A stretch of 64,000 bases of DNA from Candidatus Saccharimonadales bacterium (GTDB taxonomy: Bacteria > Patescibacteriota > Saccharimonadia > Saccharimonadales > UBA10212), in NCBI GenBank assembly GCA_035758565.1, contig DASTXL010000001.1:396981-460980 (forward strand), given 5' to 3'. The translations under genes and the position numbers were made by a program. The notes beneath the pieces are model-generated. The model was given only the letters and a program-made list of their open reading frames with translations, was not told the DNA's origin and did not search any database. Numbering within the stretch: position 1 is the stretch's first letter; every line of letters starts with the position of its first letter. Positions 57,090 to 64,000 of the stretch are shown here, piece by piece.

Positions 57090-57105
57090 TATCACTATAT
57101 GTAGT
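57090..57105. promoter_or_regulatory. NrdR box (TCACTATATGTAGTGT) overlapping the predicted nrdR promoter
   Basis: 14 of 16 positions match the acaCwAtATaTwGtgt consensus. It lies just downstream of a minus-strand TATAAT (57119..57114), 36-53 nt upstream of the nrdR ATG. Confidence 0.6.
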
Positions 57106-57213
57106 GTTCGTGATCATTATATTAACCCTGGATGTAGCGCAAGCGCAAGCACTTTATTGGTGTATTAATCACAAAATTCTGTAATCTGATAATGATTTTA
57201 TCTTCTCTTTAAC

Positions 57214-58518
57214 TTATTGCTGGTCTTGATTATTTTCTTCGTCGCCTCGATCGTCGACATAAGGCTGGCCGCGCTCGCGCTTGAAGGCACGCCGCAGGAA
57301 TGATGGCCGATCAAACTCATCTTCTTCGCTCGCATCCTGAGCCGCACCGTTGGCGTCATCGCTCAGGGCCCAGATATTTGGCGTTTCGTCACTAGAGAAA
57401 TCTTCGGCTGTTGTCTCGCCCGACTCCTCGAGGTCCATATCGATGTCGGCCATATCTTTTTCTTCGATACGCTGGGGAGTAGGCTCTTCAGTCTCCGTAG
57501 CGTTACGCAAAAGATCCGCAGTTTTAGCATCACGGCTGGCGTAGTAAGACTCTTCGAAGCCGGTAGCCACAACGGTGACAATGATTTCTCCCTCAAGCTC
57601 AGGATTAATGGTTGCACCAAAGATAATGTTTGCCTCGGAGTCAGCTGCAGCAGTAATGGTTTCGGCTACAGTATTGATCTCGTGCATGCTCATGTCCATG
57701 CCGCCAATAACGTTGAACAAAATGCCACGAGCGCCATCGATAGAAACTTCCAGAAGCGGCGAGCTAATGGCCTGCTGGGCAGCTTCTACGGCACGGTTTT
57801 CGCCACTAGCCCGACCGATGCCCATTAACGCCGAGCCGGCGTTAGCCATAACTGTTTTAACATCAGCAAAGTCAAGGTTGACTAAACCGTGGACAGTTAT
57901 GAGGTCAGAGATGCCCTGCACGCCTTGACGCAGAACATCATCAGCCACCTTGAAAGCTTCTAGTAAAGGAGTACGCCGATCAATAGTTTGAAGCAAACGA
58001 TCGTTTGGAATAGTGATTAGAGTATCAACATTCTTGCGTAGCCTCTCAATGGCCGTATCGGCGTTGCGGCGACGCTTCTCGCCTTCAAATGCAAACGGCC
58101 GGGTCGCAAAGCCAATAACTAGCGCGCCCTCTTCTCGAGCTGCTTGGGCAACAAGATAACCAGCTCCACTACCGGTACCACCACCAGCGCCAATAGTTAC
58201 AAACACCATATCAGAGCCCTTTACCGCTTCTTTGATTTCGTCCAATGATTCTTTAGCCGCCTTTTCGCCGACTTCTGGATCGGCTCCAGCACCCAAGCCC
58301 CTGGTTTCTTCTTTGCCAATATGTATCTTTTGATTGGCCTTGGAATGATGCAGCGCCTGAGCATCTGTGTTAACGGCTACAAAATCTACACCTTTGATGC
58401 CGGCTTCAACCATACGGTTAATCGCCGCCCCACCAGCACCTCCGACACCTACTACCTTTATTCTCGCAAACGTTTCAATTTCGGGCTCCACCTGAGGCAT
58501 GGCTATTAAATTCTCCAC
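57214..58518 (-). CDS. ftsZ: cell division GTPase FtsZ
   Basis: GGGTGSG tubulin signature and an acidic C-terminal tail. Confidence 0.95.
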   Translation of the reverse strand: MENLIAMPQVEPEIETFARIKVVGVGGAGGAAINRMVEAGIKGVDFVAVNTDAQALHHSKANQKIHIGKEETRGLGAGADPEVGEKAAKESLDEIKEAVKGSDMVFVTIGAGGGTGSGAGYLVAQAAREEGALVIGFATRPFAFEGEKRRRNADTAIERLRKNVDTLITIPNDRLLQTIDRRTPLLEAFKVADDVLRQGVQGISDLITVHGLVNLDFADVKTVMANAGSALMGIGRASGENRAVEAAQQAISSPLLEVSIDGARGILFNVIGGMDMSMHEINTVAETITAAADSEANIIFGATINPELEGEIIVTVVATGFEESYYASRDAKTADLLRNATETEEPTPQRIEEKDMADIDMDLEESGETTAEDFSSDETPNIWALSDDANGAAQDASEEDEFDRPSFLRRAFKRERGQPYVDDRGDEENNQDQQ

Positions 58519-58624
58519 TTAAAATGATGATCTAATTATAAGCAACAAGCTCGTTTGAATGCAATTACTACTCACGAACCAAAGGCCGCTCGCAACATTG
58601 AATAAAAAAATTACCTGCTAGCTA

Positions 58625-59863
58625 TTAGTGCTTTTTAAAGCGGTTAAAAAGACTGTTCAATGACACATTTACAGATTGCAGCAGGCCGCTTGACGGGTCG
58701 GTGTAGGTTATATCCTGCACTGGTCCAAGGTACATATCAAGCAGCATTAGTCCGATTACTGGAGCGAAAATCTGCTCGTCCATGCCGTCTACAATTCGCT
58801 CAACATGCTTCCAACTGCCAATCCTTGCCGGAAGCTCCAACGCTTCTTTAGTAAACTCAACCAAGCCGGGTAGCTTTGCGCCGCCGCCAGTCAGAACTAC
58901 GCCGCCAGGCAGCTTGCGCGAACGATGAATAGATTTAAGTTCTTTATCAACAAATTCTAAAAGCTCTTCAACCCGAGCTTCGGCTATCATGCGCATCATT
59001 TCTCTATCAAAGCGATGAGTCTCACCGCCTGCCGTAATACTGACCTGACCGACAGAATTCTTGCTCAAGCTAGCATGCTTGAGTTTGACGGCTTCGGCAA
59101 TATCAAGATCTGTTTTAAGACCGATAGCCAGATCGTTAGTAATGTGATTACCGCCCATCGGTACCACGGCCACATGCTCAACCTCACCGTCTTCAATAAC
59201 AATCATATTGGTAGTGGTGGCGCCGATATCCAGTACGAGAACGCCTGATTCTTTTTGTTTGCGATCAAGCGTCGCCTCAGCAGCGGCCAAAGACGTAACT
59301 GTTTTGTGCGACGAGTTCACCTCTGCTCTTTCAAGTACTTGATCAAGCGAGCGTAGGGCTGGCGAGCTAGCCATAATAATATGAGTGTCAACCTCTAGGC
59401 GTACGCCGTGCATACCAACCGGATCTTTAATATTCTCTTGCCCGTCTAATCGGTAGTTTTTAGCAAAAACCTGAATTATCTCTTTGTTGGCCGGCAGCTG
59501 AACAATAGTAGCTGCTTCTTCCACCCGCATCCGATCCTCTGGAGTGATTTGGCGATCCGGCGAGCTAATAGCAATAACGCCTTTGGAGTTTACGCCCTGT
59601 ACATGTGCGCCGTTAATATTAACTGTTGCCGCTTTAATTTCGCGCCCGCTCATTCGTTCGGCTTCGGCAATAGCCCCGGCTACCGCCTGCACAACTTCCT
59701 CTGTATGGGCAACATTGCCTTTGCGCATGCCCGTGTTTTCTACACTGGAAAAGCCAATAATTTTTGGCAGGTTTACATCACCGGAAAGCTCGCCCACTAC
59801 ACACCGAACGGCTGTTGTGCCTATATCTAGTCCTACAAAGTAGCTAAGTTCATTTTCTGACAT
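58625..59863 (-). CDS. ftsA: cell division protein FtsA
   Basis: Actin-like ATPase fold motifs (DIGTT..., GGG) with full-length FtsA similarity. Confidence 0.92.
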   Translation of the reverse strand: MSENELSYFVGLDIGTTAVRCVVGELSGDVNLPKIIGFSSVENTGMRKGNVAHTEEVVQAVAGAIAEAERMSGREIKAATVNINGAHVQGVNSKGVIAISSPDRQITPEDRMRVEEAATIVQLPANKEIIQVFAKNYRLDGQENIKDPVGMHGVRLEVDTHIIMASSPALRSLDQVLERAEVNSSHKTVTSLAAAEATLDRKQKESGVLVLDIGATTTNMIVIEDGEVEHVAVVPMGGNHITNDLAIGLKTDLDIAEAVKLKHASLSKNSVGQVSITAGGETHRFDREMMRMIAEARVEELLEFVDKELKSIHRSRKLPGGVVLTGGGAKLPGLVEFTKEALELPARIGSWKHVERIVDGMDEQIFAPVIGLMLLDMYLGPVQDITYTDPSSGLLQSVNVSLNSLFNRFKKH

Positions 59864-59926
59864 ATTTATTTTAAGTATATCTTACTAATCCGCAGTATAC
59901 CGCTAGAGTTAAATAGCAGCAAGCTC

Positions 59927-60679
59927 TTAGACTAAGGTGAGGATTTCGGCGCCGTTATCCGTAACTAAGACAGTATGCTCAAAGTGGGCACCCAAAGACC
60001 CGTCGCGGGCGACAATGGTCCAGCCGTCTTTAGCTACGTTAATACGCCAATCGCCTAAAGTCGCCATGGGCTCAACGCAGATTGTGGCCCCGGCCGGCAA
60101 GACGGACCCCGTACCAGCTACACCATAATTCGGCACATTTGGTTCCTCGTGGATATTTTGACCCACTCCATGTCCCACCAAATCTCGGATCACACCTAGT
60201 TTGTGTTGATTTAGCACCTTCTCGACTGCGGCGGCAATATCACCAACCCTGGTTCCCTCTCCCTTTATGGCATTGATGCCGGCCTCCATTGCAAGCTTAG
60301 TACCCTCCACAAGTCTTTTTTTATCACCTGTTGGCTCTTCGCCAGCAATCAAAGTAAGAGCCGAGTCGACCACATAACCCTTATGGGCAACTGTTAAATC
60401 CAGCTTAACTACATCGCCAGTCTTAAATGGTTCTTTGCCCGGTATGCCATGCACAATCTCGTCATTGACAGAAATGCATATAACATCTGGATACCCTTCG
60501 TAGCCAAGCAATACTGCCTGAAGACCAGCTTCTTGGATATAACCCGCTGCGCTTTTAGCTATTTGCTTAGGGGTTACGCCGGGCTGAACTTCTTTTTTTA
60601 ATTGATCAAGTATCTGGGCCAGCATTTGGCCGCCAGTCCGCATTAATTCAATTTCTTGATCTGTTTTTGGTCTAATCAC
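59927..60679 (-). CDS. map: methionine aminopeptidase type I
   Basis: Pita-bread fold with metal ligands (D..D..H..E..E) and full-length similarity. Confidence 0.92.
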   Translation of the reverse strand: MIRPKTDQEIELMRTGGQMLAQILDQLKKEVQPGVTPKQIAKSAAGYIQEAGLQAVLLGYEGYPDVICISVNDEIVHGIPGKEPFKTGDVVKLDLTVAHKGYVVDSALTLIAGEEPTGDKKRLVEGTKLAMEAGINAIKGEGTRVGDIAAAVEKVLNQHKLGVIRDLVGHGVGQNIHEEPNVPNYGVAGTGSVLPAGATICVEPMATLGDWRINVAKDGWTIVARDGSLGAHFEHTVLVTDNGAEILTLV

Positions 60680-60685
60680 TCGGCT

Positions 60686-61222
60686 TTAAGTTTCTAATAT
60701 CTTTTTAATAGCTGCCTCGACTGCATCGGGAGTGTTCTCGCCATTCACTTCGTCAACTTTGAGGCCTTGGCTGCGCAAATAATCAATCACTGGAGTAGTA
60801 ATTTTGTTGTAGGTTTCCAAACGGTGAAGAATTATTTCTTTTTTGTCGTCGTAGCGACCGCGGGCCAGCATGCGCTTCAATACAACATCGCCCGAAACGT
60901 CCAGTTTTATAATAGCGCCGAGCTTAATTTTGCCAGATTTAACTTTTTTAACCAGCCATTCAGCTTGCGGCACCGAGCGCGGGAAACCATCTAGTATGAA
61001 GTCGGTGCTCGAAGATTCCAATTGCTGCAAGGCAGGCTCCACAATATCTATTACTTCTTGATCGTCGACTAAATCGCCAGCGCGCATTTTGGCTTCGCGT
61101 TCCGGGGTTAGTTCGCGGCGCAATAGATTGCTAGTTGAGATCCTAGGGATAAAAAGTCGGGCAGCTAAGCGAGCAGTCTGTTCACTCTTGCCCGAGCCCA
61201 CCGACCCCATGATAATAATCAT
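60686..61222 (-). CDS. adk: adenylate kinase (short form, no zinc lid)
   Basis: P-loop GSVGSGKSE; 178 aa. Confidence 0.85.
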   Translation of the reverse strand: MIIIMGSVGSGKSEQTARLAARLFIPRISTSNLLRRELTPEREAKMRAGDLVDDQEVIDIVEPALQQLESSSTDFILDGFPRSVPQAEWLVKKVKSGKIKLGAIIKLDVSGDVVLKRMLARGRYDDKKEIILHRLETYNKITTPVIDYLRSQGLKVDEVNGENTPDAVEAAIKKILET

Positions 61223-61671
61223 TGCTTCTCCAGTGCCGCCTTGACTAACCGGGCTATTGTAGCGCCGTCGGCCCGAGCGCCTAGCCTGCTACGAACCGCT
61301 CCAATAACTTTGCCCATATCAGCTGGTGAGGGATTTTCCATCTTGGCTAGCTCTTCATCAACCACAGCCTGAACTTCCTCCTCAGAGAGCTGAGCCGGCA
61401 AATAGACGTCTATAATAGCCTTTTCGTCTTGTTCCGCTTGGGCGCGTTCGGTCTCGCCGACTTTTTCATACAGTTCGGCGGCTTCGGCACGCTTTTTTGA
61501 TTCGCGACTTAGTATTTTAGTGACTTGGTCGTCGTCTAAGCCCGTCTCGCGAGCATTTTGGCTGATAGCCTCATTAAGCAAAACACTTTTAACTAAGCGT
61601 AGTGTCTCAACTTTTTTCTTATCACCAGAGAGTAGTGCGGCCTTTAAGTCGCGTTCTATTTGCTCTTGCAT
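61219..61671 (-). CDS. yqeY: GatB/YqeY domain protein
   Basis: 150 aa GatB_Yqey-type helical domain; 4-nt overlap with adk. Confidence 0.8.
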   Translation of the reverse strand: MQEQIERDLKAALLSGDKKKVETLRLVKSVLLNEAISQNARETGLDDDQVTKILSRESKKRAEAAELYEKVGETERAQAEQDEKAIIDVYLPAQLSEEEVQAVVDEELAKMENPSPADMGKVIGAVRSRLGARADGATIARLVKAALEKQ

Positions 61672-61681
61672 GATGGCGTTC

Positions 61682-61894
61682 CTACCGTCCTAGTTTGAGC
61701 TTCTTAACCTTAGCAGCTTTGCGCTCGCGACGAACAATAGCTTTGACTCGACGGTCGCGCTTACTCATTGGCTTTTCAAAATACTGAGACTGCTTAGCGG
61801 CAGACAAAACACCAGACTGAGAAACCTTGCGACCAAAACGACGAAGCAGATTCTCAACTGATTCTTTTGAGTCTTTTCTTGTAACTTGTATCAT
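61682..61894 (-). CDS. rpsU: 30S ribosomal protein S21
   Basis: 70 aa basic protein with S21 similarity. Confidence 0.88.
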   Translation of the reverse strand: MIQVTRKDSKESVENLLRRFGRKVSQSGVLSAAKQSQYFEKPMSKRDRRVKAIVRRERKAAKVKKLKLGR

Positions 61895-61963
61895 TGCTTG
61901 GTTATTTTACATTAACAGAGGTAATCCATCAACCCCTATTCTCCGTTAACTGCCTTCTGGCGG

Positions 61964-62257
61964 CTAGAGGCGTTGCTGGCGCTTTTGATTAGCCGCGCGT
62001 TGACTCTTTAAAACAATGCTCTGCAGTTCCTTAAAGATTGGAAACTGTTTATTAGTGTAGTAAATCTTGGTGTTGCTTTGCTTTTCCGAGATCAAAAAAC
62101 CGATCTTTTCTAGGCGTTTTAGTTCGCGCTGAATGTTGCCAGCATCTTCTTTAATAAGTTTAGCCAGGCCCCGGACGTGTGTTTTAAAGTCGGGATATTT
62201 AGCATAGACCACGATGATCTTGCGCCTTACACGAGATGTAATGAAGGTATCTAGCAT
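61964..62257 (-). CDS. small winged-helix DNA-binding protein (putative transcriptional regulator)
   Basis: 97 aa with a helix-turn-helix/wing pattern (LAKLIKEDAGNIQRELKRLEKIGFL). Family not assignable. Confidence 0.5.
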   Translation of the reverse strand: MLDTFITSRVRRKIIVVYAKYPDFKTHVRGLAKLIKEDAGNIQRELKRLEKIGFLISEKQSNTKIYYTNKQFPIFKELQSIVLKSQRAANQKRQQRL

Positions 62258-62359
62258 GCTCCACCTTATTGTTATTCAGACAACGTATAGTATAGCTAAA
62301 GGTTGCGATGTTTGCAACGCTTGAGTATTAACCCTACTTTGGCAGTATAAACTATAACC

Positions 62360-64000
62360 ATGCATTACTACGAGGTACTGATTGCTGACGGACATTATCA
62401 TTCCAATGCTCCGCTGACTTATTCTTCGGACGATGCGTTGCCGCTGCTTAGTGTGGTCACTGTTCCTCTGCGCCAACGGAATGTGACTGGTTTTATCGTA
62501 AGCGAGCCGACTACGCCGCCCCAGTTCAAGGTTAAGCCAATAAAAAGTGTCCTCAGCGAGCAGCCCTTGCCTTACCACTGCCTGCAGCTAGCCGAATGGA
62601 TAAAAGATTATTACCACTCAACGCTTGCCGAAGCTTTGCGCCAATTTGCACCAAGTAAACCCACTATTAGGCGCAGTAAAAAGGAACCGACTGTCTTAGA
62701 GCCGCAAGACTCAGGCGCCGCAGAACCGCCGCTTACCGCCGAACAAAAAAAAGCTTTGGACTTTATAAAAGATCTAGCTAGCACCACCGTACTTTTACAC
62801 GGAGAAACTGGCTCGGGAAAAACAAGAGTTTATCTAGAATTAGCCAAAAAGACGCTGAGCAGTGGAAAATCAGCTATTTTACTAACCCCCGAGATATCTT
62901 TAACATCTCAACTTTTATTAAACGTCCGACGGCAAATCAAAAGTCCGGTGTTTGTCTTGCACTCGCAGCTCAGCGATGCCGAAAGAAAGCGTATTTGGTT
63001 TGAAATATTAGAGGCTACCGAGCCGATTGTCGTTATTGGCCCTCGCTCGGCCTTATTTACTCCGGTTAATTCCATAGGTCTCATCGTTCTGGATGAGACT
63101 CATGAGCCCGCCTATAAACAAGATCAGTCTCCTTACTACCACGCTGCCAGGGTAGCCAGCCAATTAGCCAGCCTAACAGAAGCTAAAGTTATTTTGGGCA
63201 GCGCTACTCCATCAGTCGCTGACTATTATTTAGCCCAACAAAAACAGGCCATAGTCCGCATGAAGCAACCGGCAATTCAATCTGAAACATCGGTGCTAAC
63301 CGAAATAGTAGACCTAAAAGAGCGCTCTAACTTCGGTAGAAGCTCTTATCTATCAAATAAGTTGCTTGATGCTATAAAAACAACATTATCTGCCAAAAAA
63401 CAGATAATAATCTATTTGAATCGTCGCGGCTCTGCTAGAGCTATCCTCTGTAATGCCTGTGGCTGGCAATTCTATTGCCCTAATTGTGATGTACCTCTGG
63501 TATATCACGGTGATGACCATCTGGCCCGTTGCCATATCTGCGGTTTTAAAAAATCGCCACCGGTTGCCTGCCCCAAATGCAACAATCCAGAGATCATATA
63601 TCACACTATGGGCACTAAGGCTTTGGTTGATGAAGTTGCCAGGCTTTTTCCCGAGGCTTTTGTTCGACGTTTCGACAGCGATAACATCGCTGGTGAGCAA
63701 CTTCACGACGTTTATGACGAGCTCAGAAGCGGCAAGGTTGACATCCTGGTGGGCACCCAGTTGCTTGCTAAGGGCCTAGACTTGCCAAGCCTAGGGTTAG
63801 TAGGCATAGTCAACGCCGAAGCCTCTTTGGGCCTGCCCGACTACACCGCCGAAGAGCGAGCCTTTCAGCTGCTTTACCAGATTATCGGTCGAGTTGGCCG
63901 CGGCCACGGCGAAGGACGCGTAGTGGTACAAAGCTATGACCCTCAGAATATTGTGGTCAGTTCGGCCCTGAAACGCGACTGGGAAGCTTTTTATGAGCGC
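62360..64000 (+). CDS. priA: primosomal protein N' (PriA helicase), 3'-truncated by the window end
   Basis: MHYYEVLIADGHYHSNAPLTY... N-terminus, Walker A GETGSGKT, DExH-like motif, and a Cys4-Cys4 zinc-binding insertion (CNACGWQFYCPNCD...CHICGF...CPKCN). Confidence 0.88.
   Translation, partial: MHYYEVLIADGHYHSNAPLTYSSDDALPLLSVVTVPLRQRNVTGFIVSEPTTPPQFKVKPIKSVLSEQPLPYHCLQLAEWIKDYYHSTLAEALRQFAPSKPTIRRSKKEPTVLEPQDSGAAEPPLTAEQKKALDFIKDLASTTVLLHGETGSGKTRVYLELAKKTLSSGKSAILLTPEISLTSQLLLNVRRQIKSPVFVLHSQLSDAERKRIWFEILEATEPIVVIGPRSALFTPVNSIGLIVLDETHEPAYKQDQSPYYHAARVASQLASLTEAKVILGSATPSVADYYLAQQKQAIVRMKQPAIQSETSVLTEIVDLKERSNFGRSSYLSNKLLDAIKTTLSAKKQIIIYLNRRGSARAILCNACGWQFYCPNCDVPLVYHGDDHLARCHICGFKKSPPVACPKCNNPEIIYHTMGTKALVDEVARLFPEAFVRRFDSDNIAGEQLHDVYDELRSGKVDILVGTQLLAKGLDLPSLGLVGIVNAEASLGLPDYTAEERAFQLLYQIIGRVGRGHGEGRVVVQSYDPQNIVVSSALKRDWEAFYER

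Noticed and set aside
62276-62578. 100-aa minus-strand ORF
   Set aside because: It overlaps the well-supported priA N-terminus on the other strand.
63386-63779. Two overlapping ~106-aa ORFs (63386..63706 minus strand, 63453..63779 plus strand)
   Set aside because: Both lie inside the well-supported priA coding region (62360..64000 plus strand), one antisense and one in an alternative frame.
1-64000. CRISPR arrays, tRNA or rRNA genes
   Set aside because: No short regularly spaced direct repeats were seen. No intergenic region shows the GGTTCGAATCC-type T-arm or cloverleaf-length GC-rich blocks. The only periodic repeats are the ~2-kb coding modules.
1-64000. Alternative genetic code (UGA as sense, as in some candidate-phyla lineages)
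   Set aside because: TGA is used as a genuine stop at several well-supported gene ends and in ATGA overlaps. Conserved proteins translate cleanly under the standard bacterial code.

Overview
This is a compact, gene-dense bacterial chromosomal segment at about 45-50% GC; almost all genes are on the minus strand. Gene content and order suggest a reduced-genome Patescibacteria/Saccharibacteria-like organism, but this is inference, since no rRNA is present to confirm it. Supporting hints are a short ProRS without an editing insertion, no pyrH or cdsA in the conserved rpsB-tsf-frr-uppS-rseP cluster, a class II nrdJ paired with nrdR, a type-2 IleRS, and giant surface proteins.

Housekeeping genes recognised: lysS, greA, proS, a CPBP protease, rseP, uppS, a polyprenyl synthase, frr, tsf, rpsB, rpmE, prfA, prmC, an HtrA-like protease, an LCP-family protein, lepB, parB, parA, rplU, ileS (with a candidate T-box leader), nrdJ, nrdR (with a candidate NrdR box), ftsZ, ftsA, map, adk, yqeY, rpsU and priA (partial).

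Two things stand out:
1. A roughly 27.6 kb co-directional locus (21828-49420) lies directly downstream of rplU. It encodes four membrane-anchored or secreted giant proteins of 689, 4696, 1524 and 2096 aa. They are built from YWTD-type (LDL-receptor class B-like) beta-propellers, Kelch-like propellers, LamG/ConA-like jelly-rolls, a glycine-rich segment, a shared Cys-containing C-terminal domain and a phage tail-collar (tail-fibre) domain. A small Cys-rich ORF is translationally coupled to one of the giants. This is probably a host/surface-attachment apparatus.
2. Two sharply high-GC islets (about 63-66% GC) sit inside the conserved ribosomal-protein cluster. They flank tsf-rpsB on the opposite strand and carry their own near-consensus sigma70 promoters and hairpin terminators. 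One encodes a canonical CDP-alcohol phosphatidyltransferase plus two small membrane proteins. The other encodes a translationally coupled pair of small acidic paralogs and is bounded by a 9-bp direct repeat.

No tRNA, rRNA or CRISPR array was seen.
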